From Bacilli bacterium (GTDB lineage Bacteria; Bacillota_I; Bacilli_A; RF39; UBA660): DNA of 64,000 nucleotides. The position numbers were made by a program, and so were the translations under genes. Positions 1-8,884 of the stretch are shown in pieces. The stretch spans positions 55,323 to 119,322 of the forward strand of contig JBGVNW010000068.1 of the NCBI GenBank assembly GCA_045125935.1, written 5' to 3'. The notes below the pieces were generated by a model. The model was not told the origin of the DNA. It ran no database searches and saw only the letters and a program-made list of their open reading frames with translations. Within the stretch, counting starts at the first letter, position 1. Each line of letters begins with the position of its first letter.

Positions 1-468
1 TACTATAAGTCCTTGATTTTTATTAAGATAACGCTCGTCTTTACGAGAACACTTGAAGTGAATATCTTTTAAAGTCTTAATAATGTTTATCCTATTACCT
101 TTAATTCCAGATATAGCATCTTTTGGAAAACGACAACTCTGTTTATTATCTTTCTTTGACTTGAATTTTGGGAAATCTGATTTTTTAGTAAAGAAATTCT
201 TAAATGCAACATCTTGATTCATAAGAGTTTGCTGGATCACTTTTGAATGAGTGTCTGTTTTTAAGAAAGAAAAATCTTCCATTTCTTTTAATTCACAGAA
301 ATACTTATAACTCTTTGATAATGAACCACTTTCTTTTGTTTCTTCGTATATTTTATTTCTATGTTCGAGACATTTATTATAGACAAAGCGACAGCAACCC
401 AACAATTTATTTATAGTAATTTGCTGTGTTTCAGTAGGATATAATCTTATTTTTACTGCCTTTATCAT
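1..468 (-). CDS. tnpB: TnpB-like RuvC nuclease (IS200/IS605 OrfB family), N-terminal 156 codons; gene continues past the left edge
   Basis: Not in the ORF track because there is no stop inside the window. My reverse-strand translation from the ATG at 468-466 reads MIKAVKIRLYPTETQQITINKLLGCCRFVYNKCLEHRNKIY...SDFPKFKSKKDNKQSCRFPKD. This is the canonical TnpB N-terminal signature. It is the only convincing minus-strand gene. Confidence 0.75.
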   Translation of the reverse strand, partial: MIKAVKIRLYPTETQQITINKLLGCCRFVYNKCLEHRNKIYEETKESGSLSKSYKYFCELKEMEDFSFLKTDTHSKVIQQTLMNQDVAFKNFFTKKSDFPKFKSKKDNKQSCRFPKDAISGIKGNRINIIKTLKDIHFKCSRKDERYLNKNQGLIV

Positions 469-499
469 ACAGTATTTATGAAAATAATTATTATTTTTA

Positions 500-531
500 T
501 TTGGATATTTTATTTTTTATTGTTATATTTG
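500..531 (+). promoter_or_regulatory. Bacteroidota-type promoter opening the + strand gene array
   Basis: TTTG(500-503)-N20-TATATTTG(524-531). It lies in the divergent spacer between the minus-strand tnpB and the + strand genes. Confidence 0.6.
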
Positions 532-648
532 TAATAGAAAATAAAAATATATAATATACAATATAAAAATATTTTTACAAATTATTAAATATTTTTCTAT
601 AAAAACAATGAACAATTATAATACATAAAAAATTATAAAAACACGAGT

Positions 649-786
649 ATGAACACCGCTGATTTAAAAAAGAATTCAAAGGAAGAACTTATTATTTATA
701 TAGAAAAGTTGAGCAGAGATATGATGAATATTCAAGAAGAAAATCTTGAGTTAAGAAAAGCAAATCAACAAATGCAAGATTATATT
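649..786 (+). CDS. small hypothetical protein (45 aa, coiled-coil-like)
   Basis: My own translation: MNTADLKKNSKEELIIYIEKLSRDMMNIQEENLELRKANQQMQDY*. It lies downstream of the promoter at 500-531 and is below the track size cutoff. Confidence 0.3.
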
Positions 787-847
787 AATCAACTTGATAG
801 TACAAACAAATTTGAAAAAATAAATTAACATTTAAAAATATTTTATT

Positions 848-1165
848 ATGGTAGAAAACAACGCAAAAGTAAATTATTCAGACCTAATTGAACTCGGTTT
901 TAAAAAAATTAATTGTAGTAGTGATACAGTTTTCCTTTCTCAATATGGTTATCCATACTTCTTTCTTGCATATGGAGAAGAAGGTGATCAAGTTACATTG
1001 GAATGGAGTCCAGTAGATCGTAATGTAAATCTTTATCTCAATTCACACACATATCAATCAGGATTGTCACTATCAGAAGTCAAAAAGATTGTAAATATGT
1101 TGAAAGATGATGTGTGGGAAAATATATCTGCTGCTATCAACAATATTACGCCTGAAAATGAATAA
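848..1165 (+). CDS. hypothetical protein (105 aa)
   Basis: ORF track. First long ORF after the promoter at 500-531. No recognisable motif. Confidence 0.55.
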   Translation: MVENNAKVNYSDLIELGFKKINCSSDTVFLSQYGYPYFFLAYGEEGDQVTLEWSPVDRNVNLYLNSHTYQSGLSLSEVKKIVNMLKDDVWENISAAINNITPENE

Positions 1166-1385
1166 TTTAAAAAACATCCCTGTTGAACAATACAACAGAC
1201 CTGCTATATGTTGTCATCTTGATGAGTTCGATCCTATATTTGCAAATGAAAGCGACTTCGTTGAAGTTTGTGAGTGGAAAAACGGAGAAGGATATGACAT
1301 CACAATCAACGAAAGACAATATGCATTTACACACGGTGAGTTGGATGCTATCAATTATTTAATAACACAACTAAATAAAATTTAA
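1158..1385 (+). CDS. hypothetical protein (75 aa)
   Basis: Track ORF 1107..1385. I moved the start to the internal ATG (MNNLKNIPVEQ...), which overlaps the upstream stop and avoids a 59-nt overlap. Confidence 0.5.
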   Translation: MNNLKNIPVEQYNRPAICCHLDEFDPIFANESDFVEVCEWKNGEGYDITINERQYAFTHGELDAINYLITQLNKI

Positions 1386-1390
1386 AAATT

Positions 1391-1834
1391 ATGAGTCAAT
1401 ATTTAGGTTTTGAATTGGTCAATAAGGCAAATCCTGAAATCAAAGTTGATTTAGGTTATTGGTGTACTTCTATCGCAAGAGGTATCAGTTATAACTTCGC
1501 AGGTATCTTCCCTTATACCGATAGCGATGTCAAGTTGGATTATGAAAAATTGAAATCTTGGATTGAAATTCTACACGAAGGCATTGACGACTATAAGAAA
1601 AATCTCCGTAAGCAACAAGACAAGAAGAAAGAAAATATTGAACTATTACTCAAAGCACAATCAGAAGCAGCGGTGATTGCTATCAAGGAAGATATTCAAT
1701 ATAATGAGGAGTCTATTGCTGACTGGGAGCAAGAAATTGAAGATTGGACAATGGTAGAAAACAAATTGGAATTCATTCTGAATATTCTTGATGAGAATAA
1801 AGAAGAATGGTATGTAACTTATTGTAATTCATAA
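1391..1834 (+). CDS. hypothetical protein (147 aa)
   Basis: ORF track. Starts 5 nt after the upstream stop and ends at an AT palindrome. Confidence 0.6.
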   Translation: MSQYLGFELVNKANPEIKVDLGYWCTSIARGISYNFAGIFPYTDSDVKLDYEKLKSWIEILHEGIDDYKKNLRKQQDKKKENIELLLKAQSEAAVIAIKEDIQYNEESIADWEQEIEDWTMVENKLEFILNILDENKEEWYVTYCNS

Positions 1835-1852
1835 AATAATAATTATTTTTAT

Positions 1853-2230
1853 ATGTGTAGTGACGAATTAGTAAACGCAAATTTAAAACAAGAGTGGTTA
1901 GATGCGATAAAACCATATGTTATTGCACAAGGATTTCAGGATGCGGAATTCGGATTTGAGTATGTTCAAATCGGTAGATTACCTGGTCAAACAATTTCTA
2001 TCAACGGGCGTGTAATGCAAAAACCTGGTAAAGAAATTAAGATTAAGTATATAATTGAGTTTGTGGGTGACGGTTGGGTTGCTAATGTGGATGAAACCAA
2101 TAAAGAAGAATTCACACAAGTAAAATTTGAATCATATCAAGACAATGAATTGATATCAGAATATGAAGAAGCATTTTTTTGGGATAATCCTAACTATTTT
2201 ATTGAATCTTTTAATCGAATATTTAGATAA
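1853..2230 (+). CDS. hypothetical protein (125 aa)
   Basis: ORF track. Follows the palindrome at about 1834-1852. Confidence 0.6.
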   Translation: MCSDELVNANLKQEWLDAIKPYVIAQGFQDAEFGFEYVQIGRLPGQTISINGRVMQKPGKEIKIKYIIEFVGDGWVANVDETNKEEFTQVKFESYQDNELISEYEEAFFWDNPNYFIESFNRIFR

Positions 2231-2263
2231 AAAAATTATTAACAATTTAAAAAAAAATTAAAA

Positions 2264-3763
2264 ATGAGTATTGCAGTATTAATTAGTGTTATTATTGGAG
2301 TTGTTCTCCTATTATGTGTAATCCTATCATCTTATGTAAAGGCTCCCCCTTCGGTAGCATTTCTAATCTCTGGTCTTTCAAAAGAACCAAGAGTTTTAAT
2401 TGGTAAAGGTGGATTTAGGATTCCTTTCTTTGAACGAATTGATAAAGTTTTTCTAGGTCAAATGTCTGTGGATATCAAGACCAGTGTTGCTGTACCCACA
2501 AAGGATTTTATTAATGTGAATGTGGATGCAGTAGCAAAAGTTAGAGTAGTTCCAAATCAAGAGGGAATCAGGTTGGCAGGGAAGAACTTCCTGAACATGA
2601 CTCAAACCGATATTCAACATCAATTGAAGGATTCTCTTGAAGGTAATATGCGTGAGATTATTGGAACGCTTGATCTTGTTTCTTTGAATACAGACCGAGA
2701 CTCATTCTCTGACCAAATTGCACAAAAGGCGGGAAAGGATATGAACAAGTTGGGCATTGAGATTCTTTCTTGTAACATTCAAAATGTAACAGATGAACAA
2801 AATCTAATCAAAGACCTTGGTGCAGATAATACATGGCGAATTAAAAAGGACGCTGCTGTCACAAAAGCACAATCTGAGAAGGAAATAGCTATTGCACAGG
2901 CAGAGGCGAACAAAGAGGCGAATGATGCACGAGTAACTTCAGAAACTGCTATCGCAGAGCGTAACAACGAACTCGAAATTAAACGAGCAGACTTGAAGAA
3001 AGAAGCAGATGTGAAAAAAGCTATGTCAGATGCCGCATATGCTATTCAAGAACAAGAACAACAAAAACTCATAAATGAGAGAACTGTCGAAGCACATATT
3101 GCCAGAACAAAAAAAGAACAAGAACTCACAGAAGAAATGATTAAGGTTCGTGAGAATAATCTTCAAGCAGAGATCGCAAAACAAGCTGATGCTGAACGAT
3201 ATAAGTTAGAGGTTGAAGCTGCTGCAGATAAAAAGAAAACAGAGTTGGATGCAGAAGCAGAACTTACATTGAGAAAGCGTCAAGCAGAAGCGGAAGCATA
3301 TGAAGCAGAACAAAAAGCAAAGGCAGTTAAAGCAGAAGCAGATGCTATCAAATATAAGATGTTAATGGAAGCAGAAGGTATCAAGGCAGTTGGTGAAGCA
3401 GAAGCTGCCAAAATCAAGGCAGTTGGTGAAGCAGAAGCGAAAGCTCTCGATGCAAAAGCGAAGGCATATAAGAATTACAATGACACAATCAAGTTGCAAG
3501 AAGCACTTGTGGAAGTGCTACCAGAAGTTGCAAAGAATGTTGCTGCACCTATCGCTGCTCTTAAAGATGTAACTTTATATGGTGGTGGAATGAGTCAGGT
3601 TTCGGAGAATGTTCCAGTTATGACACAAATGGTTTATGACACAATGTCTGCTGCAACAGGTGTGGACATGAAGGAAATTCTTAAAACAAAGACACTCACT
3701 GCACAAACAGATAGAAATGTTAATGTGAATGGTGCGGAAGATGTAATTATTACAACAAAATAA
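2264..3763 (+). CDS. flotillin-like SPFH/band-7 membrane protein (FloT/YuaG/YqiK family)
   Basis: N-terminal TM helix, then an SPFH core (GKGGFRIPFFERIDKV...VDAVAKVRV). This is followed by a long A/E/K-rich flotillin coiled coil (AEADAIKYKMLMEAEGIKAVGEAEAAK...) and a tail (VLPEVAKNVAAPIAALKDVTLYGGG). The whole layout is co-linear with B. subtilis FloT as I remember it. Confidence 0.85.
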   Translation: MSIAVLISVIIGVVLLLCVILSSYVKAPPSVAFLISGLSKEPRVLIGKGGFRIPFFERIDKVFLGQMSVDIKTSVAVPTKDFINVNVDAVAKVRVVPNQEGIRLAGKNFLNMTQTDIQHQLKDSLEGNMREIIGTLDLVSLNTDRDSFSDQIAQKAGKDMNKLGIEILSCNIQNVTDEQNLIKDLGADNTWRIKKDAAVTKAQSEKEIAIAQAEANKEANDARVTSETAIAERNNELEIKRADLKKEADVKKAMSDAAYAIQEQEQQKLINERTVEAHIARTKKEQELTEEMIKVRENNLQAEIAKQADAERYKLEVEAAADKKKTELDAEAELTLRKRQAEAEAYEAEQKAKAVKAEADAIKYKMLMEAEGIKAVGEAEAAKIKAVGEAEAKALDAKAKAYKNYNDTIKLQEALVEVLPEVAKNVAAPIAALKDVTLYGGGMSQVSENVPVMTQMVYDTMSAATGVDMKEILKTKTLTAQTDRNVNVNGAEDVIITTK

Positions 3764-3782
3764 TAATTATTATTTCTAATGA

Positions 3783-3816
3783 GAAATGGTCGTTGTGAAA
3801 CGACCATTTCTTTTTT
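3783..3816 (+). terminator. intrinsic terminator after the flotillin gene
   Basis: Perfect 12-bp stem GAAATGGTCGTT/AACGACCATTTC with a GTGA (GNRA) loop, followed by T6. Confidence 0.8.
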
Positions 3817-3856
3817 ATATTCATAAATATGGTGAAGATATATTATATCTATATTA

Positions 3857-4102
3857 ATGAACATTTCGTTTAATCAAAATTATCACCAAAAGGTTCCTGT
3901 AAAAAATAAACACAAACGCTGTCATTATTATAAGAAAGATGGTAAATGGAAACCTAAAATCAAATTCGAAACATATCAAGAAGCAGAAGCGTATCTTAAA
4001 GAAAAAAACAAACTTGAAGAATACAATATATATTGCTGTCCGATCTGTGGAAAATATCACATCGGACATCTGGATGAGAACCAGAAAAAGGAGAATGTGT
4101 AA
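3857..4102 (+). CDS. small basic protein with C-terminal CxxC (81 aa)
   Basis: ORF track, contains CCPICGKYHIGH. The terminator hairpin overlaps its stop codon. Confidence 0.55.
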   Translation: MNISFNQNYHQKVPVKNKHKRCHYYKKDGKWKPKIKFETYQEAEAYLKEKNKLEEYNIYCCPICGKYHIGHLDENQKKENV

Positions 4103-4117
4103 CCGTTCTCCTTTTTT
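4090..4117 (+). terminator. intrinsic terminator
   Basis: GGAGAA...TTCTCC hairpin followed by T6. The perfect AT palindrome follows directly at 4123. Confidence 0.6.
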
Positions 4118-4122
4118 ATTTT

Positions 4123-4142
4123 AAAATAATAATTATTATTTT
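4123..4142. repeat. perfect 20-bp A/T palindrome AAAATAATAATTATTATTTT
   Basis: Read directly from the sequence and equal to its own reverse complement. One of nine perfect copies in the window. Confidence 0.95.
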
Positions 4143-4182
4143 CTAATTTTATTGTTTTATTGATGAAAAAGTTTGAAATAAA

Positions 4183-4214
4183 GTTGGATATTAGAAAAAA
4201 ATATGTTATATTTG
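4183..4214 (+). promoter_or_regulatory. Bacteroidota-type promoter (-33 GTTG, -7 TATATTTG)
   Basis: GTTG-N20-TATATTTG followed by TAGTGTAAA. The gene start is at 4268. Confidence 0.6.
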
Positions 4215-4267
4215 TAGTGTAAAGAATTAAGAAAAGTAACAATAGAAGAATTTTAAAAAATAAAATT

Positions 4268-4567
4268 ATGGGAAAAATATGTAGAAACAGGTGCGGGGAT
4301 TTTGTGTTATTTAAAAATTCTGCAACACCAGAACATTGTAAAAGAGAAATATATACAGTTGAACGTGGTTCATATAATAACTATTATAATGACTATGAAG
4401 AAATACGACATTATACTGGCAAATACGAAGATTTGGGATTCTGGGAATATCTTGATGATGGTGTTCATATAAATATTGAAAATGTACCAGAAAAATATTT
4501 GGATATGACATATGATTCTGAACCAAGAATATTTAAATTATGGCATTTATACAACCTTGTTTTATAA
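4268..4567 (+). CDS. hypothetical protein (99 aa)
   Basis: ORF track. First ORF after the promoter at 4183-4214. Confidence 0.55.
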   Translation: MGKICRNRCGDFVLFKNSATPEHCKREIYTVERGSYNNYYNDYEEIRHYTGKYEDLGFWEYLDDGVHINIENVPEKYLDMTYDSEPRIFKLWHLYNLVL

Positions 4568-4965
4568 GAAATAATACTTCTGAACTTATGAAGAAGTTAG
4601 AGGAGTTGGGGTATTTCTATACATACTATCATGATGGTAATGGTATATATTGTTATAATAATATAGCACAAACATTTACATATAATAATGAAATACCTAA
4701 AGAATGTATTGGAATTTCTAAAAATAACGAAGGACTATTTCTTGCGTTAGCAGCATTGAGAGATGATACTGATATAAATCAAATATATTTGTGGAATGAA
4801 AGACATTTAGTTAAATGTATTAGAGATTATTCATGTACACTAAACATAGAAGCAACACCTTATTATATGTGTCAATTGATTAATAATTCGGATATTAAAT
4901 TTGAAATACCCTGTAAAGAATTAAGAAAAGCAACAGTAAAAGAAATAATTGAACATTTTAAGTAA
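4540..4965 (+). CDS. hypothetical protein (141 aa)
   Basis: ORF track. Overlaps the upstream gene by 28 nt, so the start is uncertain. Confidence 0.55.
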   Translation: MAFIQPCFIRNNTSELMKKLEELGYFYTYYHDGNGIYCYNNIAQTFTYNNEIPKECIGISKNNEGLFLALAALRDDTDINQIYLWNERHLVKCIRDYSCTLNIEATPYYMCQLINNSDIKFEIPCKELRKATVKEIIEHFK

Positions 4966-4973
4966 TAAGGGAT

Positions 4974-5087
4974 ATGAGTGATATAAAAGAAAAATTAAAT
5001 GAAATTTATAAACTCCAAAATATTAAAAGTAAGGAGTGGGAAAAACTTCGCAAAAAATATCAAAAATATGTTGATGAATATAATTAA
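4974..5087 (+). CDS. small hypothetical protein (37 aa)
   Basis: My own translation: MSDIKEKLNEIYKLQNIKSKEWEKLRKKYQKYVDEYN*. It fills an otherwise empty gap. Confidence 0.35.
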   Translation: MSDIKEKLNEIYKLQNIKSKEWEKLRKKYQKYVDEYN

Positions 5088-5098
5088 AAAGTAAAAAT

Positions 5099-5350
5099 AT
5101 GAATGGATTAATTTGTTTATTAATTATTAGCACTATTTTATGTATAATTGGAATAACTTGCAAAAATTGTGGTGCAGTTGCAGTTTTAGGTGGTGTTCTT
5201 TTATTTTGTAGTGTAAAAGGCATTATAGACTTAAAACAACCTGAACCCACAGCATTAGATGTTTATCGTAATAAAACAACACTACAAATCACATATGTAG
5301 ATTCAATACCAACAGATACTGTGGTAGTATTTAAAGAAGAGTTTAAATAA
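5099..5350 (+). CDS. small membrane protein, paralog of 19025..19294
   Basis: TM segment plus a shared C-terminus: TALDVYRNKTTLQITYVDSIPTDTVVVFKEEFK here versus TAKSVYEGKTTLEITYKDSIPVDTVVVFKDEFKK in the paralog. Confidence 0.65.
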   Translation: MNGLICLLIISTILCIIGITCKNCGAVAVLGGVLLFCSVKGIIDLKQPEPTALDVYRNKTTLQITYVDSIPTDTVVVFKEEFK

Positions 5351-5352
5351 TT

Positions 5353-5543
5353 ATGAAAAGATTTGAGTATCAACAAGTTGATTATAGTAATTATCCATCT
5401 CCAGAAGAACTAAATGAAGAAGGTGATGAGGGTGGGAAATGATTTGTATGGATGAGATTACAAAAAAGTATTTTGATACAGAACTTTCATCATCATATAG
5501 TAAAAAGATATTTAGAGTAACATTTAAACGGGAGATTTTATGA
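5353..5543 (+). pseudogene. DUF4177-like small protein interrupted by a 1-nt frameshift
   Basis: Frame A gives MKRFEYQQVDYSNYPSPEELNEEGDEGGK* (5353..5442). Frame -1 from 5433 gives WEMICMDEITKKYFDTELSSSYSKKIFRVTFKREIL* (to 5543). Re-reading T5433 restores ...LNEEGDEGWEMI..., which resembles the DUF4177 LNELGxEGWELV motif. Confidence 0.45.
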
Positions 5544-5713
5544 CAGTAGCAGAATTAATTGAAAAACTTTCTAAATACGATAAAGATTTGGAAATTATAG
5601 GTATAAGAGGAAGTTTAGAGTTGGAATATAAACAAGTAACAGAAGTGGTTGAAAATAGTGGTTCTGTTAGTTTAACTACAACAGGATGGAAAGATGTTTT
5701 AAGAATTAATTGA
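5540..5713 (+). CDS. small protein, 'MTVAELI' family (57 aa)
   Basis: My own translation: MTVAELIEKLSKYDKDLEIIGIRG... The start forms an ATGA overlap with the upstream stop. Paralogs lie at 16267, 37333 and inside 50932. Confidence 0.5.
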   Translation: MTVAELIEKLSKYDKDLEIIGIRGSLELEYKQVTEVVENSGSVSLTTTGWKDVLRIN

Positions 5714-5715
5714 TT

Positions 5716-6708
5716 ATGGCACAATTAGCAATTAAAGGTCATGAAACAAGAGGAAAAGAAGTCATAGAACTTCTTGAAATGTTGGGTGGAAAGAATAAAA
5801 ACTTAACAGGTGATATAGGTACATGCGTAGTAGATCCAAAAGTCTATTTCATAGAAGATAATAATATTTATTGGTATTATTATGGTGGTCTTGACTGCGA
5901 TGGAAGATTAGAAAATATGTGTGTATTTACTCTTGAAGAATTTGAAGAGAAATATCCATATAAAGTGGGGGATAAAGTAGAAAGAAATATTGATTATGTT
6001 TCGTGTTTTATTAATGGCATGAGGTGGAATTATGATAGAATGCGCGTAGAATATCATTTATGTTCGCTTTATGGTAATGATGCATATGGTTGGCATATTG
6101 CTGAATGTTTTGATAAAGATTTCCCAAATAACACACCTAAAATTATGGAAAAAAGAAAATATTCTGATTTAAGACTTGACTTAGACCAAGATGATAAATT
6201 GGCGACGGAAGCAACTATTGACGGTGATAAAATAACACCGCCAAATAATTATCTAATTGGTAAGATTACCAAAGTGGATAATGGAATGCTTGTAGAGTTT
6301 GTTAAGAAACATCCACAATACCCAAAGACTTATGATGATTGTTGTGATGTGTTGTATATTGAAACGAATAGAACAATTGACTACTGCGATGATTATTTGG
6401 GGTATCGTGATATAACCCAATATGATACTAATTTATTAACGCAATTAAGATATCTTCGCAAACTCCGTATCTGTCGTGATGCCTATTGGAAGATAGCGGG
6501 AGAAGAACTTGGTTTAGGTAAACCTTGGGAACCTGATTGGAGTACGGAAAGTAAAAAGAAATATGTTATTGAAGTTTATCGAAATAATATTAGAACAAAC
6601 TCACAAGGTTATTCTAATACAACATTATCTTTTCCAACAGTCGAAATGAGAGATGCTTTTTTTGAAAATTTCAAGGAGTTAATTGAACAATGTAAAGGAT
6701 TGCTATGA
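5716..6708 (+). CDS. multi-copy phage paralog family 'MAQLAIKGH' (copy 1)
   Basis: Track ORF 5710..6708. I prefer the ATG at 5716 by analogy with the paralogs. Shared blocks with 11732 and 23567: MAQLAIKGHxTRGxEVIxLLEMLGG, FTLEEFxxKYPYKVGD, YPQYPKTYDDCCDVL, AYWKIAGEELGLGKPWEPDW, LSFPTxEMRD. Confidence 0.7.
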   Translation: MAQLAIKGHETRGKEVIELLEMLGGKNKNLTGDIGTCVVDPKVYFIEDNNIYWYYYGGLDCDGRLENMCVFTLEEFEEKYPYKVGDKVERNIDYVSCFINGMRWNYDRMRVEYHLCSLYGNDAYGWHIAECFDKDFPNNTPKIMEKRKYSDLRLDLDQDDKLATEATIDGDKITPPNNYLIGKITKVDNGMLVEFVKKHPQYPKTYDDCCDVLYIETNRTIDYCDDYLGYRDITQYDTNLLTQLRYLRKLRICRDAYWKIAGEELGLGKPWEPDWSTESKKKYVIEVYRNNIRTNSQGYSNTTLSFPTVEMRDAFFENFKELIEQCKGLL

Positions 6709-6944
6709 TAACTATAAGAGATATTGAACAATTCAAATCAATTCAAAAAGAAATTGATTATTTAGTAAAGAAATATTACGATAAACATGTTAAAGGATAT
6801 TCAGGATATGAATATCACGGTTGGCATTTAACAGATGAAAACGAAATAGAAATCTATTATAGTTACACAGACTACCGTGAAGAATATTATCACGATGATG
6901 TAACTATTTCAATTGATGAACTTAATAATTTGAACAACGATTAG
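6705..6944 (+). CDS. hypothetical protein (79 aa)
   Basis: ORF track. ATGA start/stop overlap with the upstream gene. Confidence 0.6.
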   Translation: MITIRDIEQFKSIQKEIDYLVKKYYDKHVKGYSGYEYHGWHLTDENEIEIYYSYTDYREEYYHDDVTISIDELNNLNND

Positions 6945-6964
6945 AAACATTAAATTAAAATAAT

Positions 6965-7255
6965 ATGGATAAAGGAATTCAACGAGTTAAAGAAAGCATT
7001 GTAAAAGACATTAAAAATTACAGAGAAACTTGTAAATTTATCGCTCCGTTGTGTAGAAAATATTTTGAGAAGGTATACGACAGTAGTTGGCAACATTTCA
7101 GTGGCTGGAGATTTAATGACAACTGCAACTTAATCAACATAACATACTGGTATGAGGACTTTTATAGCAACACAGAAACATACACAGAATATGAAGATGT
7201 TATTATACCTTTGGAAGATATCATTAAAATGATGGATGAACCAGATGAAAAATAA
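6965..7255 (+). CDS. hypothetical protein (96 aa)
   Basis: ORF track. Its stop runs into the perfect palindrome at 7255. Confidence 0.6.
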   Translation: MDKGIQRVKESIVKDIKNYRETCKFIAPLCRKYFEKVYDSSWQHFSGWRFNDNCNLINITYWYEDFYSNTETYTEYEDVIIPLEDIIKMMDEPDEK

Positions 7256-7325
7256 AAATAATAATTATTATTTTAAAGAAACTATCAAAAATATTTGGTA
7301 GTTTCATTTTTTTATGTTATATTTG
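7255..7325 (+). promoter_or_regulatory. family-A cassette: palindrome + hairpin/T-run + promoter (copy 1 of 5)
   Basis: Perfect palindrome at 7255-7274. A 12-bp hairpin GAAACTATCAAA-AATA-TTTGGTAGTTTC at 7278-7305 is followed by A-T7. The -33 TTTG (7294-7297) lies inside the 3' arm of the hairpin, and the -7 box TATATTTG (7318-7325) follows after an N20 spacer. Confidence 0.75.
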
Positions 7326-7375
7326 TAGTGTAAAAGTAAATATAAGATATTTAACCTTATAAAAAATAAAAGATT

Positions 7376-7996
7376 ATGTTTGATTGTACAAATTTGAAGA
7401 ACGGTGATGTTATTGTACTCACCAATTATGGTAATAGAACAGTTATAATTAATAAGATCAAGGATGATAAAACATATAGTTCTCCGCAGTTATATACTTA
7501 TGTGGAACTTGATGGAAACACACTAACATTTGAAAATGATGAAACAGAATGTTTCTACCTCATTGAAAATATTAATTTTAGACTCTCAACTATTGAAGAA
7601 AAGACAAAGTTGTATAATGAAATAGGTAAGTACTTCACAGAAGAGTATGATAAGAATTGGTATAATCATTTTACAGATAGTTCATATTTTGATATTCAGG
7701 ATTTTTTATTTGATGTATTTTGTATTAAAGTAGAAGAATATGACAATGATTTAATTTATCCTGATTTTATTAATGATATACATCAATATATTTGGAATAG
7801 ATTATGTGAAGTTACCAATGAAGATGTAGAACATAAGGAAAATAAAATGGTTAATCTGGATGATGCTTGCAAATGGTTGGAAAATAAATTATTATGTGCT
7901 GAAGACCACTATCCGACTTTAGAGTTTTTATCTATTATTGAATATAACTCATTAAAAGAACTTATTAATGATTTTAGAAAAACAATGAATAAATAA
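7376..7996 (+). CDS. hypothetical protein (206 aa)
   Basis: ORF track. Driven by cassette copy 1. Confidence 0.65.
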   Translation: MFDCTNLKNGDVIVLTNYGNRTVIINKIKDDKTYSSPQLYTYVELDGNTLTFENDETECFYLIENINFRLSTIEEKTKLYNEIGKYFTEEYDKNWYNHFTDSSYFDIQDFLFDVFCIKVEEYDNDLIYPDFINDIHQYIWNRLCEVTNEDVEHKENKMVNLDDACKWLENKLLCAEDHYPTLEFLSIIEYNSLKELINDFRKTMNK

Positions 7997-8150
7997 AATG
8001 AAATACAGGATTTGTAGATGTTACTCACCATTAGTAGATTTTAAATAGGAAATGGTGACGATGAGATTAAACGCAATTTGTTTAATCTTAACGACCACTC
8101 GGAGAGATTAATTTTATAAAACTTGGGAATGATTAAATTTGATAAGAGAA

Positions 8151-8390
8151 ATGAAAATAAGTAATATAATATTAAAAAGATACACCGCGGAAAAAGGTAA
8201 ATCCTTAAAGTGGCATGAATGGGTAATGAATCCAAATACAAGAGAAAGCGAAAGAGTGTTGCGATATTCAGAATGCACCGCAGTAATAGACACCAATCAA
8301 CTCGATGGCGATGTTGTGGAAATTCCAAATGAAGAGTATAAAGAATGGTGGGATAAAAATTATCATAGTTTAGGTTTGACAGGATTATGA
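8151..8390 (+). CDS. hypothetical protein (79 aa)
   Basis: Track ORF 8139..8390 starts at TTG. I prefer the first ATG (MKISNIILKRY...). Confidence 0.5.
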   Translation: MKISNIILKRYTAEKGKSLKWHEWVMNPNTRESERVLRYSECTAVIDTNQLDGDVVEIPNEEYKEWWDKNYHSLGLTGL

Positions 8391-8650
8391 CAATCTATAC
8401 AAAGTACAATATCGGTGATGATGATATGGATATTAAAGAACTAATAAAAGAGAGACTAAACCAATTAAATAAAGAAGAATTGGTTGATGCACTCGCAAAT
8501 GTTTGTGTTATATGTGTGTCATCAAATATCAATAAAAAATTAAGCAGCGCAAATTGCATACAGCAGTGCATAAATAATGTGCAGACCAACTTACAGCAAG
8601 TTGATAATGTATTAACGCAAAGATTGAATATTAACTTTAAGAAACTATAA
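8387..8650 (+). CDS. hypothetical protein (87 aa)
   Basis: ORF track. ATGA overlap with the upstream gene. Confidence 0.5.
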   Translation: MTIYTKYNIGDDDMDIKELIKERLNQLNKEELVDALANVCVICVSSNINKKLSSANCIQQCINNVQTNLQQVDNVLTQRLNINFKKL

Positions 8651-8710
8651 CAAAGAATTTAGCATGTGTTTTTATTGTGGTAAGGAAGAATTGAAAAATA
8701 ATATAAAGCA

Positions 8711-8881
8711 ATGAACGAAGTAAGCACAATAATCAACGGAGTACGCTATGATGCGGTGGTAGAAAATGGGAGTAGTTGCCGACAATGTGACTTGATAAAA
8801 GTATGCAACAACTATCGTATTTGTCGAGCATTTTCACTTGATGGAAAAACATTATTTAAAAAATCCGATAAAAAGTTTTGA
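8711..8881 (+). CDS. small Cys-containing protein (56 aa)
   Basis: My own translation: MNEVSTIINGVRYDAVVENGSSCRQCDLIKVCNNYRICRAFSLDGKTLFKKSDKKF*. It fills the gap before 8885. Confidence 0.45.
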   Translation: MNEVSTIINGVRYDAVVENGSSCRQCDLIKVCNNYRICRAFSLDGKTLFKKSDKKF

Positions 8882-8884
8882 AAA

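Noticed and set aside
7998-8111. Another in-frame TAG read-through candidate (MKYRICRCYSPLVDFK*EMVTMRLNAICLILTTTRRD*)
   Set aside because: The part after the TAG does not look protein-like and has no paralog. More likely this is a 16-codon ORF or non-coding spacer.
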